From the IMG/VR virus record IMGVR_UViG_3300048903_000225: 64,000 bases of DNA. One strand, given 5' to 3'. Each line of letters opens with the position of its first letter. The first letter of the stretch is position 1. The notes beneath the pieces were generated by a model. It searched no databases. It was not told the DNA's origin and worked only from the letters and a program-made list of their open reading frames with translations. Origin of the DNA: a virus. The translations under genes were made by a program, and so were the position numbers. Shown piece after piece: positions 17,606 through 26,336 of the stretch.

Positions 17606-17803
17606 ATGAAGAACTGTCCCGTTTGTGGTTCGATCAAGGTCGCACCCAACAACCTCGGCGGAGACACCTGCCTGCGTGAAGGCTGCGGCCACACCAGCTC
17701 GAAGCGCTTCCGCGATCTCAATCAGGACACCATGCAGCAGGTGCCCGGCGTTGCGATCGGCGCCGGCTGCTACTGGATCCGCCCGCACACGTCGGCCTAC
17801 TGA
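17606..17803 (+). CDS. Small zinc-ribbon protein
   Basis: CPVC...CLREGCGH. Confidence 0.55.
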   Translation: MKNCPVCGSIKVAPNNLGGDTCLREGCGHTSSKRFRDLNQDTMQQVPGVAIGAGCYWIRPHTSAY

Positions 17804-18075
17804 TGTTCGCTATCCTCGACAATCAGACCGGCTATTTCCTGCCGTGGCGACGCCGCGGCGGGACGTGGGCCGAGTTCACCGACAAGCAGCCGCCCCGGCT
17901 GTTTGTGCGGAAGGCGTCGGCCGATCAGGCGCTCTCGTGGTGGCTCGATGGGCCGTTCCTCTCCGACTACGAGGGTGTCATCTTCCAGAACCGAGACTGC
18001 CGCAAGACGTCCAAAGCGAGAAAGGCAGAGGCCCACCGCTACGAGGTGATTGAAGTTCGCTTGGACCGCGTGTAG
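17803..18075 (+). CDS. Hypothetical protein
   Basis: TGATG coupling. Confidence 0.6.
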   Translation: MFAILDNQTGYFLPWRRRGGTWAEFTDKQPPRLFVRKASADQALSWWLDGPFLSDYEGVIFQNRDCRKTSKARKAEAHRYEVIEVRLDRV

Positions 18076-18108
18076 AAGCTGCGCGTTATCCCCGCGAAGG
18101 AGACTGCC

Positions 18109-18414
18109 ATGGCCGACGAACTTCTCTCCCCCGATGAGCACCCCGCGACCGGCGATCAGCCGGTGGCGCTTCCGTCGCCCGACGAGCCGCTTCCGGTTCA
18201 TGAAGGTGAGCCGAAGTTCGTCGACCATCAGCCCGAATACAAGGTCGCCGAAGTGCGTGACGGCCTTGTGATCGTGGAGATGGAGGACGGGCGCATGTTC
18301 CCGGTGCCGCTTCCCGACACCGATCTCAAGCTGCGGAAGGGCAGCAAGATCGAGCTGAGCCATGACGGCCTCGACAAGGAAGGCGTGCCGGCCAATCCGA
18401 CGATCACGTCGTGA
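18109..18414 (+). CDS. Acidic hypothetical protein
   Basis: AAGGAG SD; followed by terminator. Confidence 0.7.
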   Translation: MADELLSPDEHPATGDQPVALPSPDEPLPVHEGEPKFVDHQPEYKVAEVRDGLVIVEMEDGRMFPVPLPDTDLKLRKGSKIELSHDGLDKEGVPANPTITS

Positions 18415-18438
18415 TCCGGCTTCCCATCAAAGACGACT

Positions 18439-18464
18439 AGGGCGCCTTCGGGCGCCCTTTCTTT
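18439..18464 (+). terminator. Rho-independent terminator
   Basis: AGGGCGCC-TTCG-GGCGCCCT-TTCTTT. Confidence 0.8.
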
Positions 18465-18475
18465 GGAGAAAGATC

Positions 18476-19444
18476 ATGAGACCTGTGAAGCAGCTCGCGC
18501 GCGTGGCGCACGGCTCGCACCTGTACGGCACCTCCACGCCGATGTCCGACCACGACTTCAAGGGTGTCCACCTCCCGTCCGGGCGTGGCATCATCCTTGG
18601 CCGCGCCGAGGACCACATCAAGCGAGACTTCGTTTCGAAGATCGACGGCACGGACAAGAACGCCGCGGACGCGATCGACGAGGAGAGCTTCTCGCTCCAG
18701 AAATTCTTCGACATGCTGATGAAGGGGGACACGGTCGCCACCGAGATCCTCTTCGCGCCGACGCTGGAGCAGTCCGCGCTGTGGGGCGAGGTGCAGGCGA
18801 CCGGCAAGCTGCTGCTCAATCGCCAATGCAAGGGCTTCGTCGGCTACTGCGTGCGCCAGGCCGCCAAGTATGGCATCAAGGGATCGCGGATGCGAGCTGT
18901 CAAGGACGTTCTGGAGTTCCTCAAGCAGGAAGATCCGAACGCCAAGCTCTCGACGATCGAGGTCAAGCTGCATAACTGGTCGGCAGGTCGCGAGCACATC
19001 CTGTGGGAGAACATTCCCAGCCCGAACGGCACTGACCTGTGGCATCTCGACGTCTGCGATCGGAAGATGCCGATGACGACCACGATCGGCGCGGCGCGTG
19101 ACGTGTGGGCGAAGGTGTGGCAGAACTACGGCGAACGCGCCCGGCAGGCCGAGCAGAACGACGGCATCGACTGGAAGGCCATGAGCCACGCTGTCCGCGT
19201 CGCCGAGCAGGCGATCGAGCTGCTGACGACCGGCGAGATCACCTTCCCGCGCCCGCACGCCGGTCTCCTGCTGGAGATCAAGCTCGGCCGCCACGGCTAC
19301 GATCACATCAGCGCCCGGCTGGAGTGGCTTGTCGAGGAGGTGAAACGGGTGAGCGAGCATTCGATCCTGCCCGCCGAAAGCGATCGTTCGATCGCGGATC
19401 GGCTCGTCGAGCGGTTCTATCTCAATCAGGTCACGATGTCGTGA
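18476..19444 (+). CDS. Pol-beta superfamily nucleotidyltransferase (RlaP-like phage family)
   Basis: HGSHLYGTSTPMSDHDFKGV (GS...DxD); DWKAMSHAVR. Confidence 0.85.
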   Translation: MRPVKQLARVAHGSHLYGTSTPMSDHDFKGVHLPSGRGIILGRAEDHIKRDFVSKIDGTDKNAADAIDEESFSLQKFFDMLMKGDTVATEILFAPTLEQSALWGEVQATGKLLLNRQCKGFVGYCVRQAAKYGIKGSRMRAVKDVLEFLKQEDPNAKLSTIEVKLHNWSAGREHILWENIPSPNGTDLWHLDVCDRKMPMTTTIGAARDVWAKVWQNYGERARQAEQNDGIDWKAMSHAVRVAEQAIELLTTGEITFPRPHAGLLLEIKLGRHGYDHISARLEWLVEEVKRVSEHSILPAESDRSIADRLVERFYLNQVTMS

Positions 19445-19587
19445 GAACAGCAGTTCTTGTGTCGAACGACGGGGAGCACACGTTCGACGGCGTCCGAACC
19501 CACGACGGAAAGCCGGTTGATCGATCCAAAACTTGGATCAGGATGGAATGGAAGAATGGCAAAGCCATTCCGATTGAGGAGAAATGA
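19441..19587 (+). CDS. Small hypothetical protein
   Basis: GTGA overlap; 48 aa. Confidence 0.4.
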   Translation: MRTAVLVSNDGEHTFDGVRTHDGKPVDRSKTWIRMEWKNGKAIPIEEK

Positions 19588-19588
19588 C

Positions 19589-20338
19589 ATGACCAACCCG
19601 AACGGGGTGATCCTTTACGAGGGTCCGTCCCAACTCGATGGCGCGCCGATCGTCGTCATCGCCACCGGCCTCAAGCAGGGGTCGACCAACGTCAAGACCG
19701 GCGCGATGGTGCAGACCTACATCTTGCGCAGCGACGTCGCGCCGATAGACGCCGTCAAGCAGGGCGCCGACGCCAGCATCTGCGGCGGCTGTCCTCACCG
19801 CGGCGACGGCACCGGCAAGGGCCGCAGCTGCTACGTCACGTTGATGCACGGCCCGCGCGGCGTCTATGCGGCCTACAAGCGGGGCAGCTACCTCAAAGCC
19901 GTCGAGATCGCAAACAGCCCCTACAAGATCGGCGAGCTGTTCGATGCGCGCATGGTGCGGCTCGGCACCTACGGTGATCCAGCGGCATGCCCAACCGGCG
20001 TGTGGCGCGAGGTGCTGCGGCTCGCCGCCGGCTGGACCGGCTACACCCATCAGTGGGCCAAGCTGGACCCGAAGGTCTGGGCGCCGCTCGTGATGGCCTC
20101 GGTCGACAGCGAGGATGAGATGTGCGATGCACACGACATCGGCTTCCGCACTTTCCGCGTGACGCCCGGCCCGCACGAGAATATCAAGGGCGTCGAGGTG
20201 GTCTGTCCCGCGAGCCACGAAGCCGGCCAGAAGGTCGAGTGCATCGATTGCAAGGCGTGCATGGGCACGTCGGCCAAGGCGCGTGTCTCGATCCAGATCG
20301 CCGCGCACGGCACTGGGAGGAGGTATGTCGAAAGCTGA
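19589..20338 (+). CDS. Cys-rich putative Fe-S protein (Gp88 / degenerate radical-SAM-like phage family)
   Basis: CGGCPHRG...RSCYV, RLGTYGDPAA, WTGYTHQW, VVCPAS, CIDCKAC. Confidence 0.65.
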   Translation: MTNPNGVILYEGPSQLDGAPIVVIATGLKQGSTNVKTGAMVQTYILRSDVAPIDAVKQGADASICGGCPHRGDGTGKGRSCYVTLMHGPRGVYAAYKRGSYLKAVEIANSPYKIGELFDARMVRLGTYGDPAACPTGVWREVLRLAAGWTGYTHQWAKLDPKVWAPLVMASVDSEDEMCDAHDIGFRTFRVTPGPHENIKGVEVVCPASHEAGQKVECIDCKACMGTSAKARVSIQIAAHGTGRRYVES

Positions 20339-20786
20339 TCGTGAGGCGCTGCTCGAACAGCGGCGCCTGAACATCGTCGACCACATCCGCGCCGGCCACA
20401 CATCTGACGAGATCAGCGATGCGGAGGGCATGGATCGTGACGACGCGCGCAAGCAGCGCAAGGCCATCGCCGATGCGGAAGGTCTCGACGTTCACACGAT
20501 CGGCCGCAGCGGCTTCGACCCTGTCGGTCTGATCGAGGAGCGCTCCGGCTTTCGCAATCGCCTCGGCGACGAGCTGGAGCGGCTCCGGCGGACGCACCAT
20601 GCGTTGGAGATCGCGAAGATGACCGGCCTGACCCAGTCGCAGCAGCGCGCGGCGACGCAGCCCGTGCCGAAGCACAATTGGACCGTGTCGCAGATCAAGC
20701 GACTGGCAGACGCTCGCGGGCGCACATTCGAGGAGATGATCACTTTCTGCAACACGAGACAGAATATCGGATTTAGGAGCAGCTGA
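20325..20786 (+). CDS. Putative HTH DNA-binding protein
   Basis: GGAGGAGG SD; IVDHIRAGHTSDEISDAEG helix-turn-helix-like; second EIAKMTGLTQS. Confidence 0.6.
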   Translation: MSKADREALLEQRRLNIVDHIRAGHTSDEISDAEGMDRDDARKQRKAIADAEGLDVHTIGRSGFDPVGLIEERSGFRNRLGDELERLRRTHHALEIAKMTGLTQSQQRAATQPVPKHNWTVSQIKRLADARGRTFEEMITFCNTRQNIGFRSS

Positions 20787-21010
20787 TGATTTTGTACGAG
20801 CAGGGCAAGGATTATTGGATCATCGCCCGCCGCTTCCACGCCAACCGCGATGCGCCGCAGATGAAGCCCACCGCGGTGCGTGACATGATCCGTCTGCAGC
20901 AGGAGACACGCAGCAAGGCAGTGCTCAAGCGTGTCAACGGATTTATTGCCAAGCACCGTGCGCAACCACCCGGTAACAACGGCGGGAACGATGGACCGCG
21001 CTACGCCTAG
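20786..21010 (+). CDS. Small basic hypothetical protein
   Basis: TGATG coupling. Confidence 0.55.
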   Translation: MILYEQGKDYWIIARRFHANRDAPQMKPTAVRDMIRLQQETRSKAVLKRVNGFIAKHRAQPPGNNGGNDGPRYA

Positions 21011-21016
21011 CGCGTA

Positions 21017-21045
21017 GCAGGGTTTCCCTTTCAAGGAGACCCTGC
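21017..21045 (+). promoter_or_regulatory. Hairpin sequestering the nrdJ Shine-Dalgarno
   Basis: GCAGGGTTTCC-CTTTCAA-GGAGACCCTGC immediately before ATG21046. Confidence 0.6.
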
Positions 21046-23415
21046 ATGCTTTCCCAGATTGCTTCCGCTCGCGCCTTTCACCCTGGCATGGGAAAGGCGG
21101 TGGCGGATCGAACTATCCTGCGACCGGGTGAGGATTGGGGCGACGTTGCCGACCGCGTGTCGCTCGGCAACACCCTGCTCCACCCGACCGGCGCCGATGA
21201 TCTGCCCGGCTTCCGCAACCACCTGCGCAACGCCACCATCCTGATGAGCGGCCGCCACCTCCAGCACGGCGACGAGAACCAGCCGAGCCGGAACCTCGAA
21301 GTGTTCTCGAACTGCTCGACCAGCGCGGCCAGCTTCCTCCTCTTCTACCTGCTGCTCAACGGCTCCGGCGTGGGCCGGTCCTACGACGACGACATGATGG
21401 TCGTGAACTGGGACGACATGCCGACCGTGCGCTGCGTCCTCGACGAGGCGCACGCCGACTATGTGTGGGGCGCCGACGAGAGCCTGCGCGATGCGCAGCA
21501 CAAGTACGGGCAGGGCGAGAACGTCCATTGGTTCGACGTGCCCGACAGCCGCGAGGGCTGGGGCATGGCGATCGAGCGTATCGAGACGATGGCCTTCCAG
21601 AAGGCGTTCCGCGACGACCTCCTCGTCCTGAATTTCTCCGGCGTGCGCCCGAAGGGATCGCCGATCATGGGCATGCAGGGCCGGCCGTCGTCCGGTCCGA
21701 AGCCGATGATGGACGCGCTGCACAAGATCGCCACGCTCAAGGGCGCCGGCATGCCGCGCTGGAAGCAGGCGATGTACGTCGATCACTATCTCGCCGAGCC
21801 GGTGCTCGTCGGCGGCGCGCGGCGCGCGGCGCGCATGGCGGTGAAGTCGTGGCGCGACAAGAGCGTGCTCGGCTTCATCACCGTGAAGCGTCCGCTGGAG
21901 CTGGACGGTCTGGATGTCGAAGGCATCATCGCCCGCAAGGCCGAGGGCAATCTGCCCTTCCCGTTCCTGTGGTCGTCGAACAACTCGATCGGCGTCGATG
22001 CCGACTTCTGGCGCCGGCTGGCGCTGCAGCCGGGCGATCAGGGCTACAACTCCGAGATGACGCGCCACGCCCGCGACGTCCACCGCCTCGCGTCCGCCTG
22101 CGCCTATGCCGATGGCACCGGCGAGCCGGGCTACCTCAACCTCGACCAGTTGACCCAGAAGGACAAGGGCCAGCAGTCGCTGCTGGACGGCAGCTTCGTC
22201 GGCTCGAAGCGCTATCAGGTGATGGACGAGAGCCGCATCCTGCTGGCGGCGGTCGCCAAGCGGGCGGCTAGCAAGAAGTATTACACGATCGTCAACCCGT
22301 GCGGCGAGATCCCCCTCGCCTGCTACGGCGGCTATTGCGTGATCGCCGATCTCGTCCCCTTCCACGCCGAGTCGTTCGAGGAGATCATCGAGTCCGGCGG
22401 CCACGCCGCCCGCGCGCTGATCCGCGTCAACCTCATGGACAACCTCTATGGCAAGGAGACGGCGCGGACCAACCGCATCGGCGTCGGCCAGACGGGCGTC
22501 CACGAGTTCGCGTGGAAGTTCTTCCAAGTCGGCTTCCGCGATCTGGTGGCGCCGGACTTCCAAGAATACGACCGGGCGACCTGCCACTTCGATCCGTTCG
22601 ATCTGCCACTCCAGATCATCCAGCACGCCGCTGACCATGCCGACCCCGGCGTGCGCGCCGCGGCGTTCTGGGAGTTCCAAGGCTATTTCGCCCGGCAGAC
22701 GATGAGGGCTGCGTTCGCCTACGCCGACCAGATCGGCGTCAGCCGGCCGCACACGGTCACCACCGAGAAGCCTGCCGGCACGACCAGCAAGCTGTTCGGC
22801 CTGACGGAAGGCTGGCACCTTGCGGCGATGGCTTGGTACATGCGCTGGGTTCAGTTCCGGTCCGACAGCCCGCTCGTCGGCGACTACAAGGCGCAGGGCT
22901 ATCCGACCCGCGAGCTGCAGACCTATCAGGGCACGACTATCGTGGGCTTCCCGACGGAGCCGACGATCGCGACGCTCGGCATGGGCGACAAACTGGTGCT
23001 GGCCGGTGACGCCACGCCGCAGGAGCAGTACGACTGGCTCAAGCTGGGCGAGTTCTTCTGGATCGAGGGCGGGTCGGTCAGCGACTATCTGGCCGGCAAC
23101 GGGCCGCGCCCCGGCGAGGAGCGGCACGGCGGCCAGATCAGCTACACGCTCAAGTACAAGTTCGAGGACACCTCCTACGAGCAGTTCGTCGAGACGCTGA
23201 ACGCCAACCAGTCGGCGGTGCGGGCCTGCTCGGTCATGCCGCAGACGGACGCCAGCTCGTCGGCCTACGAGTACCTGCCGGAAGAGCCTGTCACCAAGGC
23301 GCAGTTCGAGGCCATCGCCCGGTCTATCGCCGGCCAGATGGAGGAGGACATCGGACGAGAGCATGTCGATTGCTCGTCCGGCGCCTGCCCGATCGACTTC
23401 AAAGCCGCTGCATAG
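21046..23415 (+). CDS. nrdJ: Class II (adenosylcobalamin-dependent) ribonucleotide reductase
   Basis: FSNCS, VNPCGEI thiyl-radical motif, RIGVGQTG, TTEKPAGTTSKL, C-terminal CSSGACPI; no small subunit gene seen. Confidence 0.92.
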   Translation: MLSQIASARAFHPGMGKAVADRTILRPGEDWGDVADRVSLGNTLLHPTGADDLPGFRNHLRNATILMSGRHLQHGDENQPSRNLEVFSNCSTSAASFLLFYLLLNGSGVGRSYDDDMMVVNWDDMPTVRCVLDEAHADYVWGADESLRDAQHKYGQGENVHWFDVPDSREGWGMAIERIETMAFQKAFRDDLLVLNFSGVRPKGSPIMGMQGRPSSGPKPMMDALHKIATLKGAGMPRWKQAMYVDHYLAEPVLVGGARRAARMAVKSWRDKSVLGFITVKRPLELDGLDVEGIIARKAEGNLPFPFLWSSNNSIGVDADFWRRLALQPGDQGYNSEMTRHARDVHRLASACAYADGTGEPGYLNLDQLTQKDKGQQSLLDGSFVGSKRYQVMDESRILLAAVAKRAASKKYYTIVNPCGEIPLACYGGYCVIADLVPFHAESFEEIIESGGHAARALIRVNLMDNLYGKETARTNRIGVGQTGVHEFAWKFFQVGFRDLVAPDFQEYDRATCHFDPFDLPLQIIQHAADHADPGVRAAAFWEFQGYFARQTMRAAFAYADQIGVSRPHTVTTEKPAGTTSKLFGLTEGWHLAAMAWYMRWVQFRSDSPLVGDYKAQGYPTRELQTYQGTTIVGFPTEPTIATLGMGDKLVLAGDATPQEQYDWLKLGEFFWIEGGSVSDYLAGNGPRPGEERHGGQISYTLKYKFEDTSYEQFVETLNANQSAVRACSVMPQTDASSSAYEYLPEEPVTKAQFEAIARSIAGQMEEDIGREHVDCSSGACPIDFKAAA

Positions 23416-23427
23416 TTCAAGAACTTC

Positions 23428-23466
23428 TTGACATCTACAACACGGCCACCGCATGGTGGCCGTGTT
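23428..23466 (+). promoter_or_regulatory. TTGACA followed by a 12-bp perfect hairpin
   Basis: TTGACA-TCTAC-AACACGGCCACC-GCAT-GGTGGCCGTGTT. Confidence 0.45.
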
Positions 23467-23482
23467 CGTATGGGAGACCACG

Positions 23483-23677
23483 ATGAAATCGGACGACCGC
23501 AACAAGCTGCACGAGCTGGTCGTGCCGGCGCTGCAACACAGCTTCGAGCACGGCATGGCGTACCAGCGCCTGCTCGACGCCCAAGCCGACGAGGAATTCG
23601 CTGAGCAGCAGGCCAAGGCTTCGGTCAAGGCGGTGCTCGATCTGATCAATATCCCTGAGAAAGAGGAGTTGAATTGA
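23483..23677 (+). CDS. Small hypothetical protein
   Basis: GGGAG SD. Confidence 0.6.
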   Translation: MKSDDRNKLHELVVPALQHSFEHGMAYQRLLDAQADEEFAEQQAKASVKAVLDLINIPEKEELN

Positions 23678-23678
23678 C

Positions 23679-23837
23679 ATGAGCCTCTTCAAGGCAGTGG
23701 CCGGCATCATCACGATGCCGGTCGACGTCGTCGCCGACGTCATCACGCTGGGTGGGGCGCTGACCGACAAGCAGCGGCCCTACACGGCAGAGAAGGCGCG
23801 CAGTGTTATGCGCAACATCGAGAAGGCTACGAAATGA
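23679..23837 (+). CDS. Small phage protein (LFKAVAGIITMPVDVVADVITLGG)
   Basis: GAGGAG SD; ATGA overlap with next gene. Confidence 0.65.
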   Translation: MSLFKAVAGIITMPVDVVADVITLGGALTDKQRPYTAEKARSVMRNIEKATK

Positions 23838-24388
23838 CCCGTCGTCCCAGCATCCGCTTGCAGAGCGGCAACCACTTCTTCTATGACGATCCGGAAGGCA
23901 GTCAGTGGCTGATGACCGACATCACCCACAACCTGTCCAAGGAGCCGCGCTTCCACGGCGCGACCGACGGTGACCTCGCCTACACGGTGCTCCAGCACGA
24001 GGTGAATGCCTCGTACATCGTCGAGCAGCGGTTCGCGTTGGAGGCCCTGCAGCACGACAATCCCGAGGCCTTCTACAAGGACGTCTCGACGTGGCTCAAG
24101 GGCCTGTGCCCCGACTACAAGGCGCAGCTGGAGCGGGGCGAGCGCGCCTACTGCAGCCGCATGAAGCTGCCGTGGCCGATGTCGCCTGAGGTCAAGGTCG
24201 CCGACTACCAGATGCTCAAGCTGGAGAAGATGGCGCTCTTCCAGTCGCACCCGACCGATGAGGGCTACCAGTTCCTCGATGACATCGACGTGACCGGGCT
24301 GGAGCATCTGGTCGATCTCAATCCGTGGCCGCCGCGCGTCGCCAAGCTGCGCTGGCACGAGCGTTATGAGGAGCTGACCCGTGGTTGA
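23834..24388 (+). CDS. YfbR-like HD-domain 5'-deoxynucleotidase
   Basis: DITHNLSKEPRFHGAT...YTVLQH...ALQHDNPEAFYKDVSTWLK...VKVAD. Confidence 0.75.
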   Translation: MTRRPSIRLQSGNHFFYDDPEGSQWLMTDITHNLSKEPRFHGATDGDLAYTVLQHEVNASYIVEQRFALEALQHDNPEAFYKDVSTWLKGLCPDYKAQLERGERAYCSRMKLPWPMSPEVKVADYQMLKLEKMALFQSHPTDEGYQFLDDIDVTGLEHLVDLNPWPPRVAKLRWHERYEELTRG

Positions 24389-24701
24389 GCTGCGCAAGGG
24401 CGACATCGTCACGTTCAAGGCCGTCGTCGAGAGCGTCGCGGCCTACGACGGTGGTCAGCAGATCATGGCCAAGATCTTGCCGAAGGGCGCCCACATCGGT
24501 TGGTGCCTCCAGCACGAGAATGGCTTCGAGCCACACACCTTGACGCTCAAGGTGGGTGATATGGTCAGGATGACTGACCGGCCCGGCCACACGGAGCCGT
24601 GGGAGGTGATGGCGCTGTTCGATAACAAGCAGGCGGCGGTCAAGAAGCGCGGAGAGTGGCCGGTTCAAATGGCCAACACCGATAATCTGCGGAGGATCTG
24701 A
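24381..24701 (+). CDS. Hypothetical protein (SH3-like repeats suspected)
   Basis: LRKGDIVTF and LKVGDMVRM. Confidence 0.65.
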   Translation: MVELRKGDIVTFKAVVESVAAYDGGQQIMAKILPKGAHIGWCLQHENGFEPHTLTLKVGDMVRMTDRPGHTEPWEVMALFDNKQAAVKKRGEWPVQMANTDNLRRI

Positions 24702-25075
24702 TGACCCAGCTCTATATTCCTGCCCTCAAGGATCGCATCCGGCTGCTCGAACCCCTCTTCGTCGAGGTGACCGAGGACAGCGTGTGGGGTCTCCACAGCA
24801 CAGCGTGGGCAATCGAGCGGCCGGGCGAGCCGTGGAATTATCTCGCGAGCAAGACGCTGCCCGGCTTCACGCTGGAAGCGGGAACGGTGCTGGAGTTCAA
24901 GCGCTACTTCATCAGCACCCATGCGAAGGAAGATCGCGTGAAGGTGGTGATCTTCGCCAGCCCTCGCCGCGACCTGTTCCCGCGCTCCCGAGGCGGCACC
25001 GGCCAGACGATCGACATGGACCTCTCGGTCGCGGTCCTGAACCGGATCGAATACGAGAAGATGGAGGAAGTATGA
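24701..25075 (+). CDS. Hypothetical protein
   Basis: GGAGG SD; TGATG coupling. Confidence 0.7.
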   Translation: MTQLYIPALKDRIRLLEPLFVEVTEDSVWGLHSTAWAIERPGEPWNYLASKTLPGFTLEAGTVLEFKRYFISTHAKEDRVKVVIFASPRRDLFPRSRGGTGQTIDMDLSVAVLNRIEYEKMEEV

Positions 25076-25623
25076 CCATCTGGAAGCAGCTCGATAGCGC
25101 CATTGCGTTCGCCGCGACGGCGCATGCCGGGCAGGTGCGCAAATACAGCGCCCTGCCTTACATCGTTCACCCGATCGAGGTCATGGAGATCGTTCTGACG
25201 CGATCGGTCCTGCCGGTTACGGAGGACCAGCTGGTCGCCGCCGTGCTGCACGACGTCGTCGAAGACACGCCCGTCGGCTTGCGCGACATCACGCGGCGCT
25301 ACGGTCCCGAGGTGGCCCGTCTGGTCTACGAGCTGACGGATCAGTTCACCGATCCCAAGCTCGGCAACCGGGCGGCGCGCAAGGCGATGGAGCGCGAGCG
25401 GCTCGCCACGATCTCCGCGGAGGCGCAGACCATCAAGTACGCCGATTTCATCTCCAACACGAAATCGATCGTCGAACACGATCGCAATTTCGCTCGCGTC
25501 TACCTCGCCGAGAAGGAAGCGATCCTCAAGGTGATGCGCGAGGGAGACGAGGCGCTGCTGAGCGCCGCCGAGCTTTCCCTGCAATGGGGACAAACCCAAC
25601 TGGTACAGGAGGCATTGCGATGA
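25072..25623 (+). CDS. Mesh1/SpoT-type HD hydrolase (small alarmone hydrolase family)
   Basis: FAATAHAGQVRKYSALPYIVHPIEV, AAVLHDVVEDT, VYELTD, IKYADFISN. Confidence 0.88.
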   Translation: MTIWKQLDSAIAFAATAHAGQVRKYSALPYIVHPIEVMEIVLTRSVLPVTEDQLVAAVLHDVVEDTPVGLRDITRRYGPEVARLVYELTDQFTDPKLGNRAARKAMERERLATISAEAQTIKYADFISNTKSIVEHDRNFARVYLAEKEAILKVMREGDEALLSAAELSLQWGQTQLVQEALR

Positions 25624-26336
25624 CCTTTCGCTACTCGCTGGTCTCGGACCTGCATCTCGACTTCCCGCATCCGAAGACGCCTGCGATGGAGCAGTTCGTC
25701 ATCGTCGCGGGCGATTGCGCCAACGGCTTGCTAGGGTTGAAATACTTGAGCAAACTCAAGCGGAAAGGCCATACGGTCTTCGCGGTCGACGGCAACCACG
25801 AGCACTATGCGAACCGCGCGCAGGGCCGGACGATCGCCGATACAGAGAAGGCGTTCTACATCGGCCTGGATCAGGCGCTGTTTTATGATGTACCCGACGA
25901 ACCGCTCCGGATCATCGGCTGCAACGGCTGGTACAACGTCGAGGACGAGCGCCACTGGCTTGGCTACATGAACGACGGTCGGAACTGTGCGGCCGATGCT
26001 GTAATGGTCAACGAGAAGGCGCGCGAGCAGGCGCTGTGGATGGAAGCGCAGCTGGCGATGGTGCCGACCGGCGCTCGCGCGATCGTCGTGACGCACACGG
26101 CGCCGTGCGAGGAGTCGCTGGATCCCAAATACGTGGGATCATCCGGCAACGACTACTACGTCAACAAGCTGATGACGCCGCTGCTCGCCGGCTTCCGTGA
26201 GAAGATCGCGATCTGGCATCACGGCCACACCCATGCCGCCGTGGACGTCGTCAAGGACGGTGTCCGCATCGTCACCAACCCGCGTGGTTATCCGAGGGAG
26301 AATCCCGAATGGCAGCCCCTAACCGTGGAGGTCTGA
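25620..26336 (+). CDS. Calcineurin-like metallophosphoesterase
   Basis: SDLH, AGD, GNHEHY, THTAP, HGHTH, NPRGY. Confidence 0.9.
   Translation: MTFRYSLVSDLHLDFPHPKTPAMEQFVIVAGDCANGLLGLKYLSKLKRKGHTVFAVDGNHEHYANRAQGRTIADTEKAFYIGLDQALFYDVPDEPLRIIGCNGWYNVEDERHWLGYMNDGRNCAADAVMVNEKAREQALWMEAQLAMVPTGARAIVVTHTAPCEESLDPKYVGSSGNDYYVNKLMTPLLAGFREKIAIWHHGHTHAAVDVVKDGVRIVTNPRGYPRENPEWQPLTVEV

Noticed and set aside
20990-21046. Cobalamin riboswitch upstream of nrdJ
   Set aside because: Intergenic gap is ~35 nt and lacks the B12-box.
21031-23649. 872-aa minus-strand ORF, and similar long antisense ORFs (6518-8650, 12646-14133, 57541-60081)
   Set aside because: They are shadows of high-GC3 genes on the opposite strand, with Arg/Ala/Gly-rich composition and no motifs.
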